The notes under the pieces were generated by a model. It was given only the letters and a program-made list of their open reading frames with translations, was not told where the DNA came from and made no database searches. A stretch of 64,000 nucleotides of DNA from an uncultured Fibrobacteria bacterium. Its GTDB lineage: Bacteria; Fibrobacterota; Fibrobacteria; UBA11236. The stretch is from contig OY970309.1 of the NCBI GenBank assembly GCA_963716395.1, positions 1,248,001-1,312,000 of the forward strand, given 5' to 3'. Below, piece by piece: positions 1 through 9,563 of this stretch; position 1 is the stretch's first letter, and each line of letters begins with the position of its first letter. The position numbers were made by a program, and so were the translations under genes.

Positions 1-1573
1 AATAGGCGTAATCGCCCGGATACTCGGTGATGCGGCCGCCGTCGACCCGTAACACGCGTGTGGCCAAGGCCCCGCAGAAGTCACGGTCATGCGACACGAA
101 CACCACGGTGCCGGGATAATCGCCCAGGGCCGCCAACAGCAAATCCTGCGAGCGCAGATCCAGATGGTTGGTGGGCTCGTCGAGCAGCAGGGTATTGCTG
201 GGCGAAAGCAGCAGGCGCGCCAGCCGCACGCGCGCGCGTTCGCCGCCCGACAGCACGCGCAGCGGCTTGTGCACGTCGTCTCCCGAAAACAGCATGGCGC
301 CCAAGGCGGCGCGAATCGCGCCCTGCGAAGCCTGCGGAAAGGCGGCCAGCATCCAGGCGAGAATCGAGGCGTTCATTTCGGATTTGGCGAGCTCGACGTA
401 TTGGGCGTAATACCCGAGGCGAATGCCGGCGCCGCGATCGAGCCGGCCGCCGTCGGAAGCAAGCTCCCCGGCCAACAGGCGCATCAAGGTGGTTTTACCC
501 GCGCCGTTGGGGCCCACCAAGGCGGCCTTGTCGCCAGCCCGAATGGTGAAGGCGCCGTCTTGAAACACGGTTTTGCCGCCGAAGCTTTTGCCCAAATCCT
601 CGGCGCGAAAGGCGAAGGCGCCGGCATAGTCGGCATTGGGAAAGCGCAATCGCAACGCCGGCCCCTCCTGATCGATTTCCTGAATCTCAATGCGGTCCAG
701 CCGCTTCATGGCGCTGCGCGCCTGCGAAGCCTTGGTGGCCTTGGCCTTGAAGCGGTCGATGAAACGGCTCAAGCGCTCGATTTCATCCTGCGCCTTGGCC
801 GCGGCCCGGCGTTGCTGGGCCACGCGCAGCGCGCGCTCCTCTTCGAAGCGCGCGAACGGCAGGGGATACGTTTCGATGCGTCCCTGGTGCAAGTCGAGCA
901 CGCCTTCGCAGACGCGGTCGACGAAGCGGCGATCGTGGCATACCAGCAAGAGCGACCCAGGCGCATTGCGCAAATACGCTTCGAGCCAAAGAATGGATTC
1001 GAGGTCGAGGTGATTGGTGGGCTCGTCGAGCAGCAGGCAATCGGGCCGGCCGAGCAGCACCTGGGCCAGCGCCACACGCATGCCCCAGCCGCCGGAAAGC
1101 TGCGCCAGCGGTTTTTCCTGCGCCTCGCGCGAGAAGCCGAGACCGTGCAGCACCGAGCGCGTGCGGGCTTCGGCGGAGTAATAGCCTTCATGCGTCAAGG
1201 CGTCTTGCCACTCGTCGAGGCGCTGCAAATCCTCGTCGGTGGCCGAACGGCGGCCCAACTCTTCGCGCAACATTTCGAGGTCATGGGCCTTGCGCAACAA
1301 CGGCGCAAAGGCCTGGAGCGCCGCGCTCAAGGCCGTGGCGTCTGCGGGAAATTCGGCATGCTGGCGCAACCAGCCGATGCGCAAGCCCCCGGAGCGGATC
1401 ACCTGCCCGCTGTCGGGCTGCATGGCGCCCGCGAGCAGATGAAACAGAGTGGATTTTCCCACCCCGTTGGGTCCGACCAGGCAAAGCTTTTGCCGGTCGC
1501 CGAGTTGAAAGGAAACTTCGCGTAAAAGATCGCGATCGCCGAAAGACAAAGACAGATTGCGGACTTCGATCAT
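1..1573 (-). CDS. ABC-F family ATP-binding protein (3' end runs off the window)
   Basis: Not in the ORF track; translated by hand from ATG 1573: MIEVRNLSLSFGDRDLL...GPNGVGKST. Second Walker A GPNGAGKTT near 510-490, two LLLDEPTNHLD-type Walker B motifs, no TM segments. Confidence 0.9.
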   Translation of the reverse strand, partial: MIEVRNLSLSFGDRDLLREVSFQLGDRQKLCLVGPNGVGKSTLFHLLAGAMQPDSGQVIRSGGLRIGWLRQHAEFPADATALSAALQAFAPLLRKAHDLEMLREELGRRSATDEDLQRLDEWQDALTHEGYYSAEARTRSVLHGLGFSREAQEKPLAQLSGGWGMRVALAQVLLGRPDCLLLDEPTNHLDLESILWLEAYLRNAPGSLLLVCHDRRFVDRVCEGVLDLHQGRIETYPLPFARFEEERALRVAQQRRAAAKAQDEIERLSRFIDRFKAKATKASQARSAMKRLDRIEIQEIDQEGPALRLRFPNADYAGAFAFRAEDLGKSFGGKTVFQDGAFTIRAGDKAALVGPNGAGKTTLMRLLAGELASDGGRLDRGAGIRLGYYAQYVELAKSEMNASILAWMLAAFPQASQGAIRAALGAMLFSGDDVHKPLRVLSGGERARVRLARLLLSPSNTLLLDEPTNHLDLRSQDLLLAALGDYPGTVVFVSHDRDFCGALATRVLRVDGGRITEYPGDYAY

Positions 1574-1638
1574 GCGGAGAGCAAAAGTAGTTCGCGGGCC
1601 GCGCGGCCGGGCGCGGCGCCTTTGCTACCATTCGCGCG

Positions 1639-2478
1639 ATGAAACGCATCGCGGCGTGGTGGCGCCTGTTCCGCCCCGGCAATGCGGCCATCGCGGCCGC
1701 CGGAGTGGGGCTCGGCTACGCCTGTTTGCCGTCGCCCCGGCCCCCGGCCGCCGGCGCGCTGTGGGGCGCACTGTCCCTGTTCTTGCTCACGGCCGCAGGC
1801 AATGCCGACAACGACGCCTGCGACGTGGAGACGGATCGCGTCAACCGGCCTTTACGATCTTTGCCCGCGGGGTTGCTGTCACGAACGAGCGCGCGCCGGG
1901 CAGCCTGGCTGCTGGGCGGCGCGGCGATTCTCTGCGCCGACGCCGCCTCGCCGCTGCATGGAGCCCTGGCCCTGGGCATGGGATTGCTGCTCCTGCTGTA
2001 TAATCGCGCCTTCAAAGGTTTGCCTCTGGTCGGGAACCTGGCCGTGGCGGGCCTGTGTGCGCTGGCGGTTTACTTTCCCGAATTTCCGCATTGGCCCCGG
2101 GCCACAGCGCCGGCCGCCGGTTTCGCCTTCTTGGCCACCTGGGCGCGGGAACTCGCCAAAGATCTCGAAGATGCGCCCGGCGATCGCGCGGCCGGCCTAC
2201 GCACCTATCCGCTGGTGGCGGGGGAAAACGCGGCCCGAAAACTTGCGCGTTACGTGACCTTGGCGTTACTGATCCTGCTGCCGGTTCCCGTGGTTTTTTA
2301 CGGGGATGGCTGGCCTTATGCGGTGCCGGCGGTCCTGGGGGCTGCGCCGCTTTTGATTTGGCTGTGGCGCGCGCTGGCGCGATCCAACCCGGATTACCGG
2401 CGCTGCCAGAAGAATTACAAATGGGCCATGCTGGCGGGCATGGCGGCGCTTTTGGCCGGGGCGCTGACGGGAAAGTGA
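1639..2478 (+). CDS. UbiA-family prenyltransferase, DGGGP synthase-like
   Basis: Multi-TM protein with NDACDVETDRVNRPLRSLPAG and RELAKDLEDAPGD Asp-rich motifs. Confidence 0.85.
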   Translation: MKRIAAWWRLFRPGNAAIAAAGVGLGYACLPSPRPPAAGALWGALSLFLLTAAGNADNDACDVETDRVNRPLRSLPAGLLSRTSARRAAWLLGGAAILCADAASPLHGALALGMGLLLLLYNRAFKGLPLVGNLAVAGLCALAVYFPEFPHWPRATAPAAGFAFLATWARELAKDLEDAPGDRAAGLRTYPLVAGENAARKLARYVTLALLILLPVPVVFYGDGWPYAVPAVLGAAPLLIWLWRALARSNPDYRRCQKNYKWAMLAGMAALLAGALTGK

Positions 2479-2513
2479 CGTCGGGGCGCGGATTCGGTGC
2501 GATTCGGCGCGTC

Positions 2514-3428
2514 TTAATAGCGGATTTCGAGCGCCCAGAATTGTCCGCCGGTGAGCACGGCATTGCCTTGATAGGCATAATTGAAACCGAAACGCGACCA
2601 ACGCAAGCCCATTCCGGCGCTGAAAGCCGCCGTAGGTTCGGCGAAGGGGTAGCCGGCCCGCAGCCATAAGACGTCATTCCACGAAACTTCGACGCCGGCC
2701 GGAAAGGCGATCTCTTCGTCGTTGCGCGTGCGCGCATCGGCAGCCAGCGAAACGCGCAACCGCGGGCTTAAATCCCGGGTCAGCGAAACTCCGGCCTGGA
2801 TGGAGGTCGGCGGAAACACCTGGCTGCCGTCCAAGGCCGCCGAAGTCCAGAAATCCGCGTTGACCACCGCCGCACCCACGGCGAAACCCCAGGGCAAATT
2901 GCGCTGCAATCCGGCGTTGACCATGCCGGTCGCATAATTGCCTTCGGCAATCGTGTTTTGCGCATAAGCCATGCTGACGCCATAGGCCGTCCCCCAAAAA
3001 AATCCGGCCAGGCCGCCTTGCAATTTCAGCGTGTAGGCCCCGTAGGCGCCGGTGGCCTGATCTCCCCCGTCATAGCCCGGGATGTTGCCGAAACCGAGGT
3101 AACGCGCATGCAACGTCAAACGCCGGTTTCCCAGGGGCAGATCCCACCCCGCCTGGCTGCCGGTGGCGGAAAAAGCCGCCGGCGTGTAAATCTGCCCCAA
3201 TTCCACCGCCGCGGAATCGCGGGCCGCCGCCGCGGGATTGAGATCAGCGTCGCCGATACCGTCGACCAAGGCGGCTCCCGCACCGCCCAGGGCCGTGGAA
3301 CGGGGAGAAAGCGGAAGCTTCAGGAATTGGAAGCTGGCGTCGCCATAGGGGCGATCGATGACCAAGGCCCGGACGCGGCCGAGCGGAAACAAACAGACCG
3401 CAAGGGCCAAAATCCACCGGAAACGCAT
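2514..3428 (-). CDS. PorV/PorQ-family outer-membrane beta-barrel
   Basis: Signal peptide, FLKLPLSPRSTALGGA...NPA N-terminal motif, alternating beta strands, C-terminal aromatic residue. Confidence 0.7.
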   Translation of the reverse strand: MRFRWILALAVCLFPLGRVRALVIDRPYGDASFQFLKLPLSPRSTALGGAGAALVDGIGDADLNPAAAARDSAAVELGQIYTPAAFSATGSQAGWDLPLGNRRLTLHARYLGFGNIPGYDGGDQATGAYGAYTLKLQGGLAGFFWGTAYGVSMAYAQNTIAEGNYATGMVNAGLQRNLPWGFAVGAAVVNADFWTSAALDGSQVFPPTSIQAGVSLTRDLSPRLRVSLAADARTRNDEEIAFPAGVEVSWNDVLWLRAGYPFAEPTAAFSAGMGLRWSRFGFNYAYQGNAVLTGGQFWALEIRY

Positions 3429-3451
3429 GGAGGTGATAATGTATAAACCCC

Positions 3452-4453
3452 TTAGAAGGCGGTTCGAAACCCGGCCGCATAGGGGTTAAAGGTGGTGAAA
3501 CCGCTTTCGAACAAAAGCGCGTAGTCGAAATGGAGCACGCGCCGGTTCCAGACGAAATCATAGCCGAAGCCGAAAGTCGGATTGGTTTGATCCCAACCGG
3601 CCCGGAAATACACCCGCGGCGCCACCGCGCATTCCGCCCCGAAGCGAAAGGCCTGCTGGTGAAAATTGGCGTCGACCACGAACAAATCGCGCTTCAACTG
3701 ATAGTCGAGCGCTTCGGCGGCAAAGGTCCACGGCCGGCTCCACAGGGTATGTTGCCATTGGCCCGCCACTACCAAAGTCTTGGGGAAAAAGTCCGAACTG
3801 GTGTTTTCCGATCCGAAAACCGTTTGATCGCCCAGCACGGTTTGATCAAAATCGGCCGACAGGGCCGGGTCGAAGCCCAGATTGCGCACCACCACGGCCA
3901 CGGCCAGCGAATCGGTGAGTTGGCGGTACCAGCCGAGATTGACCCCGCCCACGAAGGAGATATTGCCCGCCCCGCCGGAGATGTCGGTGCTGCTGGAATA
4001 CCATTGGATGGTGACGCCGAAAGCGTTGCGCCGCGAGGTGCGCACCCCAAGGCCCAAATAGGAGCCAAAGGCCTGGGGCTGGGCGGTGCCGATGGGATTT
4101 TCGTTTTCATCGTAGGCCGGCACGTTGAGATCGCCCCGATTGAGGATGCCGATGCCCACGCCGAGATTCGAGGCCAGACGGCCTTGCAGCGACACAAAGC
4201 CGCCATTGCGATCCAGGCTGCGGATGTCGGCGCCGAGTCCGACCTGGGTTTCGCGGTCGAAGGGCAATAGCGCCGGATTCCAATACGCCGCCGGCGCGGC
4301 GTCGAGCAGGGCCGTGCCGGTATTGCCGCGCCCCAATTCGCGGATGCCCGCCCCCATGCGATCGAGCCAACCTTCATGTCCGCCGAGAATTTCATCTTGC
4401 GTGGCCTGCGCCGCGGCCGCCACCGCAAGCAGAAACAGCAACGCCCGGATCAC
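3452..4453 (-). CDS. PorV/PorQ-like outer-membrane beta-barrel
   Basis: Signal peptide, GAGIRELGRGNTG...AAYWNPA motif, C-terminal Phe. Confidence 0.65.
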   Translation of the reverse strand: MIRALLFLLAVAAAAQATQDEILGGHEGWLDRMGAGIRELGRGNTGTALLDAAPAAYWNPALLPFDRETQVGLGADIRSLDRNGGFVSLQGRLASNLGVGIGILNRGDLNVPAYDENENPIGTAQPQAFGSYLGLGVRTSRRNAFGVTIQWYSSSTDISGGAGNISFVGGVNLGWYRQLTDSLAVAVVVRNLGFDPALSADFDQTVLGDQTVFGSENTSSDFFPKTLVVAGQWQHTLWSRPWTFAAEALDYQLKRDLFVVDANFHQQAFRFGAECAVAPRVYFRAGWDQTNPTFGFGYDFVWNRRVLHFDYALLFESGFTTFNPYAAGFRTAF

Positions 4454-6042
4454 AACCGACCCCGGGCGTTGATCGCCTTTCCGAATCCGCGTTCGCCCTG
4501 ATCGCTTTGCACCAGGATGTAATAGGTTCCGACGGATACGGGCCGGCCGCTGTCGTCGTTGCCGTCCCAGAAATCCTGGGCGGGATTTTCACTGCGCGCC
4601 TGCCCGCCCTGGCGCGGCGCGTTCTTCACGATGGTGCGCACTTTTTCCATGGCGTAGTTGTAGACGGTGATGGTTACGTTTCCGCTTTTCTTCAGGCGGT
4701 ACCCCAAATGCACGACCTGAGGTTGGCCGTTGACCGTGGCCCCGGTGAGTACGGTCGGATAGGTGATGACCTCGGCCAGCGCGTTCTGGACGCTGCGCAA
4801 GCGGTTGAGGTTTGCGAAAGCCGTTCCGGGCGCATCCAGGCGTTTGTAAAAAATCCCCATGTCGGTCGATCCCACGGCCACCACGGCCGCAGGGCCGCTG
4901 TCGGCCACGCATAACGTCGTGAGCGAACCTTCGCCTTGCGAAAGGAGCAAACTGTCGTCGGCGTCGAGCAAGACGTCGGAGATCGGTCCCGCCCCCCGGT
5001 TTTGCAACAGGCTGTCGCCGCGGAACAACACCAAGCCGGGACGGGTCAAGTTGAAATTCACGAAACTCGTGTCGCCGAAAAAGGCGACGGCGGGGTTGGC
5101 GCCGTAGCCGGTCAGCAAATCGGGCGTGGTCGCAATCCCCGTGATGGCGGGCGGCACCGCGAAGGTGCGGCCGTGGTTCCCGCTGAAGAAAAAGTGCGCG
5201 CCGGTGAAGGCCCAGGCCACTCCGCCTGAGGCGGACCCGGGCGCCGCCGCCACCCGCTGCACCGCCACCGAATCGGCGCCGGGCAACGGCACATGCGGAA
5301 AGCGGCGGCCTCCCAGCAATCCGCGGCGCAGCCCCGAGGTTGTGCCGAGCAACAGCCAGACGCTGTCGGAGGCGGAGGAATCGACCGCGATGTCGAGGAT
5401 GGAATCCATGGCGGTGCCCGGCGTTCCCAAGGTGTCGGTGCGGCACAAGGCGTTCCAGCGGCAGACGATGGTCGCGACCGTGGTATCGCCCGAAACCGGC
5501 AATCCGTAGAAAGCGATCGCGCTGTCTGTAAACAGACGCGTGTCGTTTTCGGGCGCCAACGGAACCAGCGCCAAGCCCAGCCGGCCGCCGCCCACCAGGG
5601 CGGTGTCATGGCACACCGCCAGGGCCGTGAAGCCGGCGCCATAGGCGAGGGTGTTGGCGCCGTTCGCGGGCTTGGGCAACAGGAGGCTGTCGCTTTTCCA
5701 CGACTTGCCGTCATAGAACAGCGAGGCCAGCCGGTCCACCGACACCGTGTCGGAAACCGCCACGTTGGAGCGCAACAGCAGCGATTCCCGCCAGGTCGCA
5801 CCGCCGGCCACGCCGCCGGAGTCGGAAAACGGCCACACGCCGTCGGTGATCGCGGGCGGACTGGAGAACAGATCGAGGCGGCTGAAGGCCAGACCGCCGT
5901 CGTCGAAGGCGAACACGCGGTCGCTGACTGCGAACACGAGGGGAATGCTCTTGGAAACCAGGGGGTCGGATTGCGCCCAGGCTCCGCGGCAAAGACCCGC
6001 GGCCAGCAACGCCCCGGCCAGGAAACGCGTACGAAACGTCAC
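4450..6042 (-). CDS. Secreted beta-propeller-like protein with C-terminal FlgD-Ig/T9SS-type domain
   Basis: Signal peptide; C-terminus VTITVYNYAMEKVRTI...WDGNDDSGRPVSVGTYYILV; 4-bp overlap with the downstream barrel gene. Confidence 0.65.
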   Translation of the reverse strand: MTFRTRFLAGALLAAGLCRGAWAQSDPLVSKSIPLVFAVSDRVFAFDDGGLAFSRLDLFSSPPAITDGVWPFSDSGGVAGGATWRESLLLRSNVAVSDTVSVDRLASLFYDGKSWKSDSLLLPKPANGANTLAYGAGFTALAVCHDTALVGGGRLGLALVPLAPENDTRLFTDSAIAFYGLPVSGDTTVATIVCRWNALCRTDTLGTPGTAMDSILDIAVDSSASDSVWLLLGTTSGLRRGLLGGRRFPHVPLPGADSVAVQRVAAAPGSASGGVAWAFTGAHFFFSGNHGRTFAVPPAITGIATTPDLLTGYGANPAVAFFGDTSFVNFNLTRPGLVLFRGDSLLQNRGAGPISDVLLDADDSLLLSQGEGSLTTLCVADSGPAAVVAVGSTDMGIFYKRLDAPGTAFANLNRLRSVQNALAEVITYPTVLTGATVNGQPQVVHLGYRLKKSGNVTITVYNYAMEKVRTIVKNAPRQGGQARSENPAQDFWDGNDDSGRPVSVGTYYILVQSDQGERGFGKAINARGRL

Positions 6043-6049
6043 TTTTATG

Positions 6050-6541
6050 TTACCGAAAATTGGTGAACTGGCAGGCGAACTCGAAGTCGGCGGCCTTCAC
6101 GGCCGCCATGCAGGCCTGCAAATCGTCTTTGCTTTTTCCCGTCACCCGCACCTGATCGCCCTGAATCGAGGCCTGCACTTTGAGCTTCAATTCCTTGATG
6201 AGTTTGGCGATTTTTTTGGCATCTTCCTGCGCCAGCCCCTTCTGAAAGGTGGCGGTTTGACGCACCGTCATTTTTCCCGCGGGTTCCGGCTCGGAATACT
6301 TCAGCAGTTTGGGGGTCAGGCCCCGCTTCACCATTTTGGTTTCAAAAACATCCCGCAACTGTCCGAGCTTGAATTCATCGTCTCCAATCAGCGTCACGGC
6401 CTCCTTGTCCAGGTCGATGGCCGACTTGCTGTTTTTGAAATCGAAGCGTTGCGCGATTTCCTTCTGGGTATGCTGCACGGCATTGCGCAACTCCTCGAAG
6501 TCGGCCTTGCATACGATGTCGAAAGAACTTTCGCCGGGCAT
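6050..6541 (-). CDS. yajQ: YajQ-family nucleotide/c-di-GMP-binding protein
   Basis: SFDIV, RFDFKNS and KVQASIQGDQVRVTGKSKDDLQ motifs, C-terminal FTNFR. Confidence 0.95.
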   Translation of the reverse strand: MPGESSFDIVCKADFEELRNAVQHTQKEIAQRFDFKNSKSAIDLDKEAVTLIGDDEFKLGQLRDVFETKMVKRGLTPKLLKYSEPEPAGKMTVRQTATFQKGLAQEDAKKIAKLIKELKLKVQASIQGDQVRVTGKSKDDLQACMAAVKAADFEFACQFTNFR

Positions 6542-6606
6542 GTTTTTTCCCGCCGGTGGATGCGGCTTTTCTGCAATTTACAATTTCGGTCCGCGCCTGC
6601 CGCCGA

Positions 6607-7257
6607 TCAACGCATATCCACGGTTTCCACGCCGGAGGGCGGCGTGAACGTGAATTCGTCCGGCCGCGGGCGCGCCGCGTAATCGCAGGCAAGAATTTCG
6701 TACTCGGTACGGGCGCCGGTGACATCGACGGTTTCCACGCGGCGCAGGGCGGGCGGCTGGGTGCCCAGCAGCACGTGCAGGCTGTCGAGGTTATCCTCCG
6801 CCGCCTTGGGATCGAGGGTCACACGCAAGAGACCCCGGCCCGCGCGTTCGGCGGCCAGGGGCCGCGCTCCGAGGAAACGCAACAGCATCCCGCTCTCCGC
6901 TCCGGGTGCGGCGTCGGGGGCGTTCTTGATAATCACCTGGCGGTTGGCGGGAACGTATTGCCACAGCGTACGGCCGTCGCAGACCACCACGTTGCCGGCA
7001 TGCTCGACGCGAAAGCGGCCCGAATCGGCAATCCAGAGCGCGCCCTGCGTTTTCGGCAGCGCCCCGCCGTCGGGACCCGTGGTTTGCGAGGCAAACCGCA
7101 ATTTGACACAGGGAGATTGGCGTTGGCGTTCGATCAAGTGCGCCAAGGTCCGGCGCGCTTCCCCGAGCGCCGCGGAATCGGGAGCGGGGGCCGCCCAACC
7201 TCCGGCGGCCAGCAGCGCCGCAAAACCGACCGCGCGATTCCAGCGCCCAACCGACAT
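6607..7257 (-). CDS. lolA: Outer-membrane lipoprotein carrier LolA family
   Basis: Signal peptide, GRFRVE...VVVCDGRTLWQYVPANRQV, C-terminal FTFTPPSGVETVD. Confidence 0.85.
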   Translation of the reverse strand: MSVGRWNRAVGFAALLAAGGWAAPAPDSAALGEARRTLAHLIERQRQSPCVKLRFASQTTGPDGGALPKTQGALWIADSGRFRVEHAGNVVVCDGRTLWQYVPANRQVIIKNAPDAAPGAESGMLLRFLGARPLAAERAGRGLLRVTLDPKAAEDNLDSLHVLLGTQPPALRRVETVDVTGARTEYEILACDYAARPRPDEFTFTPPSGVETVDMR

Positions 7258-7317
7258 GCGACGAACATATAAAATCGTTCCTTCGCGGGCGGATACCGGG
7301 AGAGTCGGCGGATACTA

Positions 7318-7698
7318 CTACAAGACCGTCGTGGCCAAGGCCTGCTCGACGGCCTGGCCGAGCAGCTTGGGGTTGAAGGGCTTGGGCAGAAAATGCGCGT
7401 TCAAAAGGCACAAGCCTTCGAGCATATCGTCTTCGTCGCGGCGGCCCGAGGTGAAAAGCACCTGGATCTCGGGCCGAATCACCAGCAACTGTTCCGCCAA
7501 CTCCGGACCCGAAAGCGGCCACATGTCGACGTCGGTGAGCAGCAGGTGGATGGGCCCCCGATACTGCGCGCCCAGCATCAGGGCATCAAGCCCGTTGTCG
7601 GTATCAAGCACCGTGTAACCGCCGTATTCTAGGCACATTTTGACCACGGTGCGCAGGGAAAGTTCGTCTTCGACCAGCAGAATGGTTTCGTGTTGCAT
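7318..7698 (-). CDS. Single-domain response regulator
   Basis: ILLVEDE, LLLTDVDM, FTSG, FLPKPF. ATG 7698 chosen over GTG 7704 because of TACCAT-N6-ATG. Confidence 0.9.
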   Translation of the reverse strand: MQHETILLVEDELSLRTVVKMCLEYGGYTVLDTDNGLDALMLGAQYRGPIHLLLTDVDMWPLSGPELAEQLLVIRPEIQVLFTSGRRDEDDMLEGLCLLNAHFLPKPFNPKLLGQAVEQALATTVL

Positions 7699-7829
7699 GA
7701 CCACATGGTAAGGCCGAAGTTACCTCGGCGTCAAAACAAAAATCACCTGCGAAACTTGTATCGCTTTTGCCTTTAGCGGTGGATTGGGGATTGGACTTTG
7801 CTTTTTGGAGGCGATGTAGAAGCCCTACT

Positions 7830-8642
7830 TCAAGCTGCGCTCGCAATCCGCCCCAAAGCCGCCAGCAAGGCCGGGTGCAGAACGCCGTTGGAAAACAGCG
7901 CCGCGCGCTTTTCCAGCGTCCAGGTTTCGCCTCGCAAATCCGTGACCCGGCCCCCGGCTTCGCGTACCAGCAAGGCGGTAACCGACACGTCCCAGGGCCA
8001 CAGCGAATTCATCCAATAACCGTCGAGCCGGCCCGCGGCCACGAAAGCGCCTTCCACCGCCGCCGACCCGAGGCATTTGAGGCGTTGCGCCGCCCAGCCG
8101 GCCGTGGAACAATCGCGCAGATTTTCGGCGTTCAGGCGCTGCCGTTCGGCGGCATCGGCGCCCACGTTGAAATCACCATGGGCCAGCACGGCTTGTGAAA
8201 GGTTCGTGACGCTGCTTACGTGCAAACGGTTGCCGTTCACAAAAGCTCCGCCGCCGGTTTGCGCCGTATACATTTCGTTCAAGGCCGGCAAAAACACCGC
8301 GCCGCACAGCGGTTCCCCGTTACGGCTCAACCCCACCGATACGCCCCAGAGCGGCAGGCTGTGCGCATAATTGATGGTGCCGTCGATGGGATCGACGTAC
8401 CAGCGGTATTCGCTGGTACGGTGGGCTTCGCCTTCTTCTTCGGTGACCCAGTCGTGATCGGGAAAGGCCGCTTCGATGCGGCTGCGGATGAGGCGGTCGC
8501 ATTGCAGGTCGGCTTCGGTGACCAGGTCTTTTTCGCCTTTGAAGCGCGCGGGACCCAGGGCGCTTTGCATGCGCAAGGCCAATTCTCCCGCGGCGCGCGC
8601 GGCGTCGACAGCGAGGTTCAAAAATTTTTGTGGTTCGGACAT
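7830..8642 (-). CDS. suhB: Inositol monophosphatase family protein
   Basis: DLVTEAD, WYVDPIDGTINY, GSAA, WPWDVS motifs. Confidence 0.9.
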   Translation of the reverse strand: MSEPQKFLNLAVDAARAAGELALRMQSALGPARFKGEKDLVTEADLQCDRLIRSRIEAAFPDHDWVTEEEGEAHRTSEYRWYVDPIDGTINYAHSLPLWGVSVGLSRNGEPLCGAVFLPALNEMYTAQTGGGAFVNGNRLHVSSVTNLSQAVLAHGDFNVGADAAERQRLNAENLRDCSTAGWAAQRLKCLGSAAVEGAFVAAGRLDGYWMNSLWPWDVSVTALLVREAGGRVTDLRGETWTLEKRAALFSNGVLHPALLAALGRIASAA

Positions 8643-8681
8643 GGGGCAGAATATAGGCTTCGGCGGAAGGCGCGGCGGGAA

Positions 8682-9419
8682 TCAAGTACGCGGGCCGAAC
8701 AGGGCCGTGCCGATGCGGAGGTAATGCGCGCCTTCTTCCACCGCCATCTCGAAGTCGCCGCTCATGCCCATGGAAAGCAAGCGCGCGGCGGGAAAGCGCG
8801 CCGCCAGCGCCGGCTGGTGATGCAGGGCATGCAGACATTCGCGCAAAGCGCGGAAGCCGGGCCGCGCCGCTTCGGGATCGCCGGCCGGGCCGATGGTCAT
8901 TAATCCCACCAGGCGAAGATGCGGCGCCGGCGGCAGGGCCGCGGCCGCGTCGAGAAAACCTTCGCGCGCAAAACCCGATTTCTGCGGCTCGGCCGAAGCG
9001 TTGACCTGCAAAAACACCTCGCGCCAAATCCCGAGTTCGGCCGCGATGCGCTCCAGGGTTTGCCACAATTCCGCCGAATCCACCGAATGCACGGCCGTGC
9101 ACAGCGGCAGCACCTTGCGGGCCTTATTGCGCTGCAAATGTCCGATGAAATGCAAATCATGGTCCAACACGGTTCCATCCGCCGCGCGCAGCGGAAATTT
9201 TTCCAGCACCTCCTGCGCGCGGTTTTCTCCGAAAAGCCGGGCGCCGGCGGCCTGGGCCGCGATCAAGGCCGAGACGGGATGGTTTTTGCTAACCCAAATG
9301 ACACGGATCTCCTGCGGGTCGCGGTTGGCCCGCCGGCAGGCGGCGACCAGGCGCTCTTCGATCCGGGCGCGCCGGGAGGCGAATTGAGCAACGGCTTCGG
9401 ACCAATCCGTCGGAGTCAC
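8682..9419 (-). CDS. yggS: PLP-homeostasis protein YggS/PROSC
   Basis: VSKNH, FGENRAQE, HFIGHLQRNK, LSMGMSGDF, RIGTALFG. Start moved to GTG 9419 (TATATT-N7-GTG); the track's 9494 start lies in the MFS promoter. Confidence 0.93.
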   Translation of the reverse strand: MTPTDWSEAVAQFASRRARIEERLVAACRRANRDPQEIRVIWVSKNHPVSALIAAQAAGARLFGENRAQEVLEKFPLRAADGTVLDHDLHFIGHLQRNKARKVLPLCTAVHSVDSAELWQTLERIAAELGIWREVFLQVNASAEPQKSGFAREGFLDAAAALPPAPHLRLVGLMTIGPAGDPEAARPGFRALRECLHALHHQPALAARFPAARLLSMGMSGDFEMAVEEGAHYLRIGTALFGPRT

Positions 9420-9477
9420 GGGGGAAAATATAGGCGGGCGGACGCCGGCCCGCGCAGACGAATCGCACGCCGGTATT

Positions 9478-9546
9478 AAAAACGAACGGTTCATAAAAAA
9501 CTTGCCGGGGACCGGGGAGGCGGGTTATATTGAACCGAACGGTTCA
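9478..9546 (+). promoter_or_regulatory. MFS promoter with two TetR-type operators
   Basis: Inverted repeat TGAACCG-AA-CGGTTCA at 9531-9546 and a 13/16 copy at 9478-9493, flanking TTGCCG(9502)-N18-TATATT(9526). Confidence 0.75.
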
Positions 9547-9563
9547 TTTGAAAGGGTCCGCTT

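Noticed and set aside
89-1525. 478-aa plus-strand ORF, and similar long ORFs such as 11437-12837, 33411-35039, 47079-48479 and 53339-54748
   Set aside because: Antisense shadows of real genes, expected from high-GC codon bias; no recognisable motifs.
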